A stretch of DNA of 64,000 bases from Pseudomonadota bacterium (GTDB lineage: Bacteria; Pseudomonadota; Alphaproteobacteria; Acetobacterales; Acetobacteraceae): the NCBI GenBank assembly GCA_021798915.1, contig JAJZBM010000010.1, positions 1,624 to 65,623 of the forward strand, read 5' to 3'. Under the pieces are notes generated by a model. That model saw nothing but the letters and a program-made list of their open reading frames with translations, made no database searches and had not been told where the DNA came from. A program made the translations under genes and the position numbers. This document shows, one piece after another, positions 21,893 through 29,770 of the stretch (its first letter is position 1; each line of letters starts with the position of its first letter).

Positions 21893-22554
21893 CATTGTTT
21901 TTTTTACTCATTGCGCGTGAACTTCGGCTTTCGCTGCGTCACGGTGCCGATACCCTCGCTGCCCTGTTGTTCTTTTTTCTCGCCGGCACGCTCTTTCCCC
22001 TCGCCATCGGCCCGGGGCCGGAGGAATTGGCGCGGATCGCGCCGGGCATCGTCTGGGTTGCCGCCCTGCTCGCGGCGTTATTGCCGCTCGACCGGCTGTT
22101 CGGCGCCGATTTCGAGGATGGCGCGCTCGATCAATTGCTGCTCTCCGGCTTGCCGGCCGCCGCCATCGCGCTCGCCAAGGCGTGCGGTCACTGGCTGACG
22201 ACGGGCCTGCCGCTGCTGCTCGCCGCCGGGCCGCTGGCGCTCATGCTCAGGGTGCGGATGGAGATTTTGCCGGTGCTGCTCGGCGGCCTGCTGCCGGGGA
22301 CGCTGGCGCTCTCGCTGCTGGGCACGGCGGGGGCGGCGATCGTGCTCGGGGCGCGGCGGGGCGGCGTTTTGCTGCCGCTCCTGGTCCTGCCGCTCGCGGT
22401 GCCGGTGCTGATTTTCGGCACCACCGCCAGCGCCGCCGCCGCCGTTCACTTGCCGGTCCGGCCGCATCTCCTCCTTTTGCTCGCGGTGCTCGCGGTCTTG
22501 CTGCCGCTCGCGCCGCTCGCCGCCGGGGCGGCCTTGCGCGCCGCCGCCGAGTAG
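21889..22554 (+). CDS. ccmB: Heme exporter membrane protein CcmB
   Basis: The ATG at 21889 overlaps the ccmA stop (ATGA). 221-aa polytopic protein: MTLFFLLIARELRLSLRHG...FEDGALDQLLLSGLP. The longer track ORF from 21481 is an in-frame read-through artefact. Confidence 0.9.
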   Translation: MTLFFLLIARELRLSLRHGADTLAALLFFFLAGTLFPLAIGPGPEELARIAPGIVWVAALLAALLPLDRLFGADFEDGALDQLLLSGLPAAAIALAKACGHWLTTGLPLLLAAGPLALMLRVRMEILPVLLGGLLPGTLALSLLGTAGAAIVLGARRGGVLLPLLVLPLAVPVLIFGTTASAAAAVHLPVRPHLLLLLAVLAVLLPLAPLAAGAALRAAAE

Positions 22555-22598
22555 GGACAATGCGCGCCGCGTAACGCGCCAGACGAAGGGAGGCGGAA

Positions 22599-23381
22599 AT
22601 GGAACTCGGCCTGGCTGGAAAAACGGCGCTGATCACCGGGGCGAGCCGCGGGATCGGCCGCGCCATCGCCGAGGTGTTCGCCGCCGAGGGCTGCGCGCTC
22701 GTGCTCGCAAGCCGCGACCGGGGCGCGCTCGAGGCCGCGGCGGCGGAACTTCGTGCCGCGCATCAAGGCATCGCCATCACCCTTCATCCCGCCGATCTCG
22801 CGCGCGTCGCCGATCAGGAGGCGCTCGCCCGCGCCTGCCCGGCGCCCGACATCCTGGTCAACAACGCCGGCGCCAACCCGCCCGGAACCCTCGCCGAGAT
22901 CGATGACGCCACCTGGCGGGCCGCGTGGGATTTGAAGATGTTCGGCTTCATCAACCTCACCCGCGCCTGTTACGCCGGGATGGCGGCGCGGCGCTCGGGC
23001 GTGATCATCAATGTCATCGGCGCGGCGGGCGAGCGGCTCAACGCCCAGTATATTCTCGGCAGCACCGGCAATGCCGGGCTGATGGCGTTCACCCGGGCGC
23101 TCGGCAGCGCGTCCCCAGCGGATGGGGTGCGCGTCGTCGGCATCAACCCCGGCCTGACCGCGACCGAGCGCGCGACGATGCTGGTGGAGAGCTGGAGCCG
23201 TGCCGCCTTCGGCCGCCCCGATCGCGGGCAGGATCTGCCGCAGATCAAAAACCTCCCGTTCGGACGCATGGCGGCGGCGCGGGAAGTCGCCGATCTCGCC
23301 GCCTTCCTCGCCTCCGAGCGCGCCGGCTATATCAGCGGCACCATCGTCACCATCGATGGTGGCGCCACTAACCGGCACTGA
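22599..23381 (+). CDS. Short-chain dehydrogenase/reductase (SDR)
   Basis: 260 aa with TGASRGIGRAIA, NNAG and the ITG..V.IDGG tail. Confidence 0.9.
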   Translation: MELGLAGKTALITGASRGIGRAIAEVFAAEGCALVLASRDRGALEAAAAELRAAHQGIAITLHPADLARVADQEALARACPAPDILVNNAGANPPGTLAEIDDATWRAAWDLKMFGFINLTRACYAGMAARRSGVIINVIGAAGERLNAQYILGSTGNAGLMAFTRALGSASPADGVRVVGINPGLTATERATMLVESWSRAAFGRPDRGQDLPQIKNLPFGRMAAAREVADLAAFLASERAGYISGTIVTIDGGATNRH

Positions 23382-23386
23382 AACCA

Positions 23387-23430
23387 GACCGGCGGGCAGC
23401 GCTCGGCTGGGAAATTTTAACCCGCCGGTC
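23387..23430. other. Perfect 10-bp inverted repeat (gaccggcggg ... cccgccggtc) with a 24-nt spacer
   Basis: Arms at 23387-23396 and 23421-23430. It lies between the SDR stop (23381) and the start of the first paralogue (23472), with no T-run after it. Confidence 0.5.
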
Positions 23431-23471
23431 ATGTCTTCCTGCCAGAATCGCCGCTTCGGCGCGGAGAGGCG

Positions 23472-24848
23472 ATGGCGCAGGTGATTTCGCAGGCGATGGA
23501 TGAACGGATGGCGGGTGAGGGGATGGCGTCGCTCCCGGCCGAACGCGCGCTGCTGGAGACGGTGCGGCGGGTGATGCGGCGGCCGGCGGGATGGCGGGCT
23601 TTGGCTGTCCATGTCTCGCGCCTGCCCGAGCGCCGCCCCTATCATGGCCGCATCGCCCGCGCCCTGCTCGAAGAAGCGGCGCCCCGCGTCGATGGCCAGA
23701 TCCACGCCCTCGGCAACGGCGATCTCCTGCTCTTCTGCCGCCAGGACGCGCGCGCTCTGCGGGCCCTGGTCGCGGTCCTGGAGCGGCTGTTTCCCGAAAC
23801 CCTGGTCTCGCTCTGGTCGCTCGAAAGCGAGGCCTTGCATCTCATCGCCTATGCCGCGGGCCGGCTGACGGAAGCGACCAACGCCCCGCCACCGGCAGCG
23901 GCTGGAAAAATCCAAAATCTCGACCGGCTGTTCGACCCGCCGGCGGTGTCGGCTGCCGAATCGCCACCGCTCGGCGCCCTGATGCGGCGCGAAAGCGGGA
24001 TCCGCCTGGCGCAAGGACGCATGGAACGCGCATTCCGGGATTGGGGGATCGATCCGGCGCGGCTCATCGCCTGGGACGCGGCGGGGGCGGGGGCCGATCC
24101 GGCGCTGCTCCGCCATCGCCTCGGCGGTCTCGACGGCGATGTTCTGGCGGCCCTCGCCGCCGCCGCCGGAACCGGGCTGCCGCTCGACCCGGTGCCGCAT
24201 CGCGCCAGCCCGCCCGCTTGGCCGGGCGGGACGCCGCCCCCGCTCCATCTCCATCTCTCGCTCGCCGGGGTGATGGCAGCGGATTTTCCCCCGCTCGCGG
24301 CGCTTTTGCAGGAAAGCGGGGTCGGGCTCGCGATCGTCATCGCCTTCGAGGAGGCCTGCGCCGATCCGCCGTTGCTGGCGGCGGCGCGGCGCGTCATCGC
24401 CGCGTCCGGGGCGCTCTTCGGGCTCGATGACATCCATGCCGAGACGTTTTCCTGCGCCGTCCCGGCGGCGCTCGGGCCCGATTTCATGGTGGTCGATTTC
24501 AGCCCGGCGCTCGTCGAACGCACGGCACGCGATAGCACGCGGCTCTTTTATCCGCTCGGCGGCGATCAGGTGGTGCTTCGCGGCGCCGATGACGAGGCGG
24601 CGCTCGCCTGGGGCGTCGGGCGCGGCATAACCCTGTTCCAGGGCCGCCATGTCGCGGCGATGGCCGCGGCGGCGCGTATGTTCGCCTGCCCCTCGGCGCG
24701 GCACTGCACGCTCGGCCAATGCATCGCGCGCGCCGCCGCCGCCGACCCGGAGGGTCGCTTCGGCTGCGCCGAGCCGGCCCTGCTCGACGGCGCCCGCCCG
24801 GCATACGAATCCGAGGGCGGCCAAACCGGGGGGGACCAGGCGGCGTGA
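23472..24848 (+). CDS. Hypothetical protein, paralogue 1: degenerate GGDEF-like N-domain plus degenerate EAL-like C-domain (by-eye assignment)
   Basis: 458 aa in a strongly GC3-biased frame. Clear paralogy to the next gene. EAL-like remnants: LHLSLAGV, ALFGLDDIHAE, PDFMVVDFS, VVLRGADDEAALAWGVGRGITLFQG. GGDEF-like remnant: ALGNGDLLLFC. Confidence 0.75.
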   Translation: MAQVISQAMDERMAGEGMASLPAERALLETVRRVMRRPAGWRALAVHVSRLPERRPYHGRIARALLEEAAPRVDGQIHALGNGDLLLFCRQDARALRALVAVLERLFPETLVSLWSLESEALHLIAYAAGRLTEATNAPPPAAAGKIQNLDRLFDPPAVSAAESPPLGALMRRESGIRLAQGRMERAFRDWGIDPARLIAWDAAGAGADPALLRHRLGGLDGDVLAALAAAAGTGLPLDPVPHRASPPAWPGGTPPPLHLHLSLAGVMAADFPPLAALLQESGVGLAIVIAFEEACADPPLLAAARRVIAASGALFGLDDIHAETFSCAVPAALGPDFMVVDFSPALVERTARDSTRLFYPLGGDQVVLRGADDEAALAWGVGRGITLFQGRHVAAMAAAARMFACPSARHCTLGQCIARAAAADPEGRFGCAEPALLDGARPAYESEGGQTGGDQAA

Positions 24849-26023
24849 GCGCGTTCAATTTCTCCGCCTGGACCAGCACCACGGACGCCGCCGACAGTCT
24901 CGCCGGCGTCGTGCAATCCTGCGTGACCACCGCGACCGAGCGCCACGGCCTCGTTCTCCGGCTCGATCTGCTGCCGCCGTCCTGCGCCAAGCCGCATCAT
25001 TTCCGCCTGTTCCGCGCCGCCCTCGACCCGTTGCTGGAGGCCGATCGCGCCAGCGCCTTCCGCCTCCCGAACGAGGCGGTGGTGGTGATCTGGCGCGGCC
25101 CCGGCGGGCATCATCTGGAGCGCGCCTTGGCCGCCATCCGTCATCTTCTCGCCGATATGCCGGAGCGCCTGCCGGAATGGGAGGCGCTGGCCGAGACGTT
25201 CCGCCTCCCCGAGGCGGCCGATACCCTGCTCGGCCTGATCGCCGCGAGCGAGCCCGCCGCACGCGCCGGGGCGTTGGCCCGGGACGGCGCTAGCGCCCCA
25301 CTCGGCGCGATCGATCCGGCGCTGTTGCCGCTTCTGGAGCGCAACCTGGTGCAGGTCGATCTCTCCTCCTTCATCCGCCGGCGCCCGGTCTCGCGGCTGG
25401 AGGAGAGCGGACGGATGGCGCGGCAATGGGAGGAGCGGGGGCTCGCCTTCGCCGATCTCGCCGCCATGCTGGTGCCGGGGCGAAGCCTGACCGCATCGCC
25501 CTGGCTGCTCCATTATCTGAGCCGAATTCTCGACCGCCGCGTCCTCGCTTTGCTCACCGCGCCGGATGAACTCCGCGAGGCGCCGCCATTCGCGCTCAAT
25601 CTCCGGGTGGAGAGCGTGTTGTCGGCGGAGTTTTTGCGCTTCGACCGGGCTTTGCCGGCGGGGTTGCGCGGTGAATTGCTGATCAATCTCAGGCCGACGG
25701 ATATTCTCGCCGATCCCGCGGCATTTCGCTTCGCGCGTGAATTCGCCCGCGCGCGTGGCTATCGGATCGTGCTCCGCGGCCTCTCCCGCGCCCTACTGGC
25801 GGCTTTTCCGCTCGCTCCGGAGGGGCCCGATCTGCTGCAATTCCGCTTCCAGCCGGGCTATGCCGAGGGCGGACTGCCGCGCGGGATCGACCCGCGGCGC
25901 CTCATTCTCGCCGGCGTCGACGGGCCGGCGGCGCTGAATTGGGGCAGGGCAGGGGGGATCATCTTGTTCAAGGGCAGCCTCGCCCGCCCCCTCGTTGCCG
26001 CTCCGTTCGTCACCGCGATGTGA
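24845..26023 (+). CDS. Hypothetical protein, paralogue 2: degenerate GGDEF-like plus fully degenerate EAL-like domain (by-eye assignment)
   Basis: The GTG at 24845 overlaps the upstream stop (GTGA). 392 aa. FALNLRVESVLSAEF, LLINLRPTDILADP, YRIVLRGLS, PDLLQFRFQP and LILAGVDGPAALNWGRAGGIILFKG align with paralogue 1. The start is uncertain because the track ORF begins at 24719. Confidence 0.7.
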   Translation: MSAFNFSAWTSTTDAADSLAGVVQSCVTTATERHGLVLRLDLLPPSCAKPHHFRLFRAALDPLLEADRASAFRLPNEAVVVIWRGPGGHHLERALAAIRHLLADMPERLPEWEALAETFRLPEAADTLLGLIAASEPAARAGALARDGASAPLGAIDPALLPLLERNLVQVDLSSFIRRRPVSRLEESGRMARQWEERGLAFADLAAMLVPGRSLTASPWLLHYLSRILDRRVLALLTAPDELREAPPFALNLRVESVLSAEFLRFDRALPAGLRGELLINLRPTDILADPAAFRFAREFARARGYRIVLRGLSRALLAAFPLAPEGPDLLQFRFQPGYAEGGLPRGIDPRRLILAGVDGPAALNWGRAGGIILFKGSLARPLVAAPFVTAM

Positions 26024-26038
26024 GGCTTGCTCCCCAAC

Positions 26039-26440
26039 TTATTGTTGGCGGCGGTATTGTGCCTCGGTGACGTGTTCCATCCAGGTGACCGGCGTGCCGT
26101 CCCGCCTTTCCTGGATGGCGATATGGCTCATCGCCGTGGTCGGCGTCGCGCCATGCCAGTGTTTCTCGCCGGGCGCGAACCAGACGACATCACCGGGCCG
26201 GATTTCCTCGACCGCGCCGCCATCACGCTGGACCCAGCCGCAGCCGGCGGTGACGATCAGGGTCTGGCCGAACGGGTGCGTATGCCAAGCGGTGCGGGCA
26301 CCCGGCTCGAAGGTGACGAGGGCACCGCCGGCCCGCGCCGGGTCTGGCGCGGTAAATAGCGGGTCGATCCGCACCGATCCGGTGAAATATTCGGAAACCC
26401 CCTTGGTCGAGGGCTGTGAGCCGGCGCGCCTGATGTCCAT
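26039..26440 (-). CDS. Cupin-domain protein
   Basis: 133 aa with cupin motifs [18 protein letters not shown] and [16 protein letters not shown]. Confidence 0.85.
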   Translation of the reverse strand: MDIRRAGSQPSTKGVSEYFTGSVRIDPLFTAPDPARAGGALVTFEPGARTAWHTHPFGQTLIVTAGCGWVQRDGGAVEEIRPGDVVWFAPGEKHWHGATPTTAMSHIAIQERRDGTPVTWMEHVTEAQYRRQQ

Positions 26441-26636
26441 CGCAAATGTCTTCTTGTGAACCGCCCCATTCTGGGCGGCCCATCATAGGCAGACCCGCAG
26501 CGTGTGTGAACAGATCGGCGTGAACGGATCAATTCGGGCCGCCAGCCCTGGACAGGAGCCCATGCCCGCGCCCACATCTGCCGCGGCAATAACGCGCCGA
26601 GTGGCGCAGGCACTGGCGTAGGAGTGATCGGGCGGC

Positions 26637-27533
26637 ATGAAACGCACGCTTACCATCGTTTTTCTGGTCGCAATCATCGGCGTGATGACTGGGTTGGTCT
26701 CATACTCGGTGACCATTTACCGTCTGTTCTGCCAGGTGACCGGCGCCGGCGGCACCACCCAGCGCGCCAGCGCCGATACCGGGCCGACACTGGCGCGGAC
26801 GGTCACGGTGTATTTCGACACCAACGTCGCGCCCGGCCTGCCGTGGCGCTTCGTTGCGCTCCAGAGATCGATCAAGGTGCATCTCGGGCAGCAGGCTTTG
26901 GTCTATTTCGAGGCGGAAAATCGCTCGGATACCGATATCGTCGGCCACGCCACCTTCAACGTGACGCCGGACAAGGTCGGGGTCTATTTCAAGAAGATCC
27001 AATGCTTCTGCTTCACCGAGGAACGTCTTGAAGCGCATAAGAAAGTCGAGATGCCGGTGACGTTTTTCGTCGATCCGCGCCTCGCCGATGACCGCGGCAC
27101 GGCGGATGTCGATGAGATTACCCTGTCCTATACGTTTTTCCGCTCGGCGCGGCCGGAAGGCGCCGAAGACCTGGCGCGTTTCAGCCAGGGTGCCAGCGCC
27201 GGGGCCGGCAAGGCGCTATTCGAGAGCCAGTGTGCCGGGTGCCACGGCATCATGACCGCCAAAGCCGGCCCGCCGCTCGCCGGCATCGTCGGCCGGGCGG
27301 CGGGGGGCGCGTCGGGCTATCCGTATTCGCTGGCGCTCGCGCAATCGGGGCTGGTGTGGACGGAGACGACGCTCGATCACTGGCTGGCCGGGCCGCAGAC
27401 GCTGGTTCCCGGCGCGTTGATGCCGATGGCGGTTCCCGACGAATCGGCGCGGCGCGACATCATCGCCTATCTCAAGACCCTGGGCGCGGCCCAGCAGAGC
27501 GGGGAGAGCCCGACGAAGCCGCCGCCGGGGTGA
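26637..27533 (+). CDS. ctaG: Cytochrome c oxidase assembly protein CtaG/Cox11 fused to a C-terminal class I cytochrome c domain
   Basis: N-terminal TM anchor, then the Cox11 core (LFCQVTG.GGTTQ, ATFNVTP.KVGVYFKKIQCFCFTEE). About 100 extra residues follow, carrying the heme motif CAGCHG and a distal LMPM Met candidate. Confidence 0.8.
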   Translation: MKRTLTIVFLVAIIGVMTGLVSYSVTIYRLFCQVTGAGGTTQRASADTGPTLARTVTVYFDTNVAPGLPWRFVALQRSIKVHLGQQALVYFEAENRSDTDIVGHATFNVTPDKVGVYFKKIQCFCFTEERLEAHKKVEMPVTFFVDPRLADDRGTADVDEITLSYTFFRSARPEGAEDLARFSQGASAGAGKALFESQCAGCHGIMTAKAGPPLAGIVGRAAGGASGYPYSLALAQSGLVWTETTLDHWLAGPQTLVPGALMPMAVPDESARRDIIAYLKTLGAAQQSGESPTKPPPG

Positions 27534-27569
27534 GGATCGGGCGGGCTGATTTCCGCCATTCCGCGCCGC

Positions 27570-27610
27570 TTAAAATCGTATAATTTATATTATGGAAAGA
27601 ATAGTGTCGG
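27570..27610 (+). promoter_or_regulatory. AT-rich island upstream of nrdB with a perfect TATAAT hexamer (27579-27584)
   Basis: ttaaaatcgtataatttatattatggaaagaatagtgtc is very AT-rich for this genome. It contains the inverted repeat ataat-ttat-attat. No convincing -35 element was seen. Confidence 0.3.
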
Positions 27611-27679
27611 CAGGCTTGACCCGACTGGCCCGGCTGAGGGATGGAATGGCCGAGGTTACCTGGATCGAAAGGACCGCGC

Positions 27680-28696
27680 ATGACCGACCACGCCGCCGAG
27701 ACCCCGATCCGGTTCGATCTCCTGACCGAGAACCCGGTCTATAAGCCATTCCGCTACCCGTGGGCGTATGATGCGTGGCTGACGCAGCAGCGCATCCACT
27801 GGCTGCCCGAGGAAGTGCCACTCGCCGATGACGTCAAGGACTGGCACCGCAACCTCAGCGCGGGCGAGCGCCATCTGCTGACGCAGATTTTCCGCTTTTT
27901 CACGCAAGCGGATGTTGAAGTGAATAATTGCTATATGAAGTACTACGCGCGGGTGTTCAAGCCGACCGAAATTCTGATGATGCTGGCTTCGTTCTCGAAC
28001 ACCGAAACGATCCATATTGCCGCCTATAGTCATCTCCTCGATACCATCGGTATGCCGGAAATAGAGTATCAAGCTTTCTTGAAATACAAAGAAATGAAAG
28101 ACAAATACGATTATATGCAGGGATTTAGCGTCGATAGTAAATACCAGATTGCGCGTACCATGGCGGCTTTCGGCGCTTTTACCGAAGGATTACAGCTTTT
28201 CGCTTCCTTCGCGATTTTGCTCAATTTTCCGCGCTTTGGCAAGATGAAGGGGATGGGCCAGATCATTTCCTGGTCGGTGCGCGACGAGACTTTGCATTGC
28301 CTGTCCATCATCCGCCTATTCCGCGATTTCGTCGCCGAAAACCCCGAAGTCTGGAACGATACGCTGAAGGCGGATCTGACCGAGGTCTGCGCCACCATCG
28401 TCGCGCATGAGGACGCGTTCATCGACCTCGCTTTCGCGGGCGGAGCGGTCGAGGGGCTCGATGCGGCGACGGTCAAGCGCTATATCCGCTACATCGCCGA
28501 TCGCCGGTTGACGCAGCTCGGCCTCGACCCGCTCTATACCGAGGCGACGAACCCCCTGCCCTGGCTCGATGAGATGCTGAATGCGGTCGAACATGCCAAT
28601 TTCTTCGAAAATCGCGCCACCGAATATAGCCGCGCCGCGACCACCGGGAGCTGGGAGGAGGCGTTTGCCGACCAGATCTCGCCCCCGTCGTCATGA
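27680..28696 (+). CDS. nrdB: Class Ia ribonucleotide reductase small (beta, R2) subunit
   Basis: Diiron and radical-site residues are present: FFTQADVEV (Asp ligand), SNTETIHIAAYSHL (Glu/His plus radical Tyr at +7), FTEGLQLF, VRDETLH, and the C-terminal NFFENRATEYSRA radical-transfer Tyr. Start at Met14 (MTDHAAE). No nrdA lies in the window. Confidence 0.9.
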   Translation: MTDHAAETPIRFDLLTENPVYKPFRYPWAYDAWLTQQRIHWLPEEVPLADDVKDWHRNLSAGERHLLTQIFRFFTQADVEVNNCYMKYYARVFKPTEILMMLASFSNTETIHIAAYSHLLDTIGMPEIEYQAFLKYKEMKDKYDYMQGFSVDSKYQIARTMAAFGAFTEGLQLFASFAILLNFPRFGKMKGMGQIISWSVRDETLHCLSIIRLFRDFVAENPEVWNDTLKADLTEVCATIVAHEDAFIDLAFAGGAVEGLDAATVKRYIRYIADRRLTQLGLDPLYTEATNPLPWLDEMLNAVEHANFFENRATEYSRAATTGSWEEAFADQISPPSS

Positions 28697-28720
28697 GGCC
28701 GTCCCGGTGACGGTCCGATC

Positions 28721-29341
28721 ATGAAGGCCCCGCTTCGCCTGGCGTTTTCCGGCGCACTGATCCTGCTGGTGCTCGCCGGCGCGATCCTCTGGCTCACCCG
28801 CCCCGGGCCCGGCGGCGCGCCCGATGCCGCGATCGCGCTGCCCGCCGGCACCCGAATCGGCGGGCCATTCACCCTCATCGACGATCAAAACCGCCCGGTG
28901 ACCGACGAAACCTATCATGGCCGCTGGCTATTGATCTATTTTGGCTATACTTTCTGCCCCGATGTTTGCCCGACGACCTTGCAAACCATCGCCAACGCCC
29001 TTGATAGATTAGGCAAGACCAGCGCCCGGATCACGCCGCTGTTCATCACCGTCGATCCGGCGCGCGATACGCCTTCGGTGATGGCGCGTTATGTTCGCCA
29101 GTTCGATAGCCGAATAGTCGGCCTCACCGGCAGCGAGCCGCAAATCGCCGCAATCGCCAAAGCCTACCGGGTCTATTACGCCAAGGAAACGCCCAAGGAT
29201 GGAACCGCCTACACCATGGACCACTCTTCCTTTCTCTATCTGATGGATCCTAAGGGTGGACTCGCCGCCCTGTTCGGGCCGCAAGTGACGGCGGCCGAAC
29301 TCGCCGCGGCGATTGGACAAAAATTGGGACAAGACAAGTGA
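28721..29341 (+). CDS. SCO1/SenC-family copper chaperone (thioredoxin fold)
   Basis: 206 aa with an N-terminal signal/anchor, LIYFGYTFCPDVCPTTL (CxxxC) and the distal His in MDHSSFLYLMDP. Confidence 0.9.
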   Translation: MKAPLRLAFSGALILLVLAGAILWLTRPGPGGAPDAAIALPAGTRIGGPFTLIDDQNRPVTDETYHGRWLLIYFGYTFCPDVCPTTLQTIANALDRLGKTSARITPLFITVDPARDTPSVMARYVRQFDSRIVGLTGSEPQIAAIAKAYRVYYAKETPKDGTAYTMDHSSFLYLMDPKGGLAALFGPQVTAAELAAAIGQKLGQDK

Positions 29342-29371
29342 CTCCAGACATGGTCTTATCGCCGCCGAGCG

Positions 29372-29683
29372 GTGTGGCGGAAATTTGGCAAGCTTAAAGA
29401 AACAGGCAAGCAAATCGTGAGCGAAAGTGAGAATGACAGCAAATCCGAAATCGGCCCGCCGCGCTATAGCCGCCGGTTATCGGACAAAATCCTGATCGCT
29501 TTCCATCACGCCTGCGATCAGGGCGATTATGAGATCGCGGAAAAGCTCCTCCACGTGCTGGAGCTGATGCTGACCCGTCGCCCTTCCCCGGCGGAGGGGA
29601 ATCGTCGCCGCACCATCGAGAGCCTGGTCGCCGCGCATGAGCGGCTATGGATGCTCCGCCACCCCGAGCATCGGCCGGAATAA
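29372..29683 (+). CDS. Hypothetical small protein (103 aa)
   Basis: GTG start and a coding-like codon pattern. It has a charged N-terminus and then a helical segment (ILIAFHHACDQGDYEIAEKLLHVLELML). I recognise no family. Confidence 0.45.
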   Translation: MWRKFGKLKETGKQIVSESENDSKSEIGPPRYSRRLSDKILIAFHHACDQGDYEIAEKLLHVLELMLTRRPSPAEGNRRRTIESLVAAHERLWMLRHPEHRPE

Positions 29684-29770
29684 CGCGCTCGCTTGCCGCG
29701 CCCGGCTTGCCTGTCCGGGCAGAAAGCCTGACAACACGCGCGCGATGCAACAGAACGGGACGATTCGGTC

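Noticed and set aside
22446-24824. A 792-aa ORF on the minus strand spanning the SDR gene and the first unknown paralogue
   Set aside because: It is Arg/Gly/Asp/Pro-rich and low in complexity. It lies antisense to an unmistakable SDR gene, and its third-position GC is lower than that of the plus-strand frames. This is a typical high-GC shadow ORF.
26595-26618. A hairpin, cgccgagtggcgcaggcactggcg, resembling the central GC hairpin of the nested-palindrome repeat
   Set aside because: Only the gcaggcactg core is shared. The stem is imperfect and none of the AT-rich arms or terminal hairpins are present. It is probably coincidental GC-rich similarity.
27570-27610. Canonical paired NrdR boxes or a CtrA TTAA-N7-TTAA site upstream of nrdB
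   Set aside because: Only half-site-level matches are present (ACACTAT on the reverse strand, TTAA-N7-TAAT). That is not enough to call either site without matrix scoring.
27680-28696. nrdB as a radical-less class Ic R2 or an R2-like ligand-binding oxidase
   Set aside because: The radical Tyr (ETIHIAAY), the Asp first ligand (QADVEV) and the C-terminal radical-transfer Tyr (ATEYSRA) are all present. It looks like an ordinary class Ia beta subunit.
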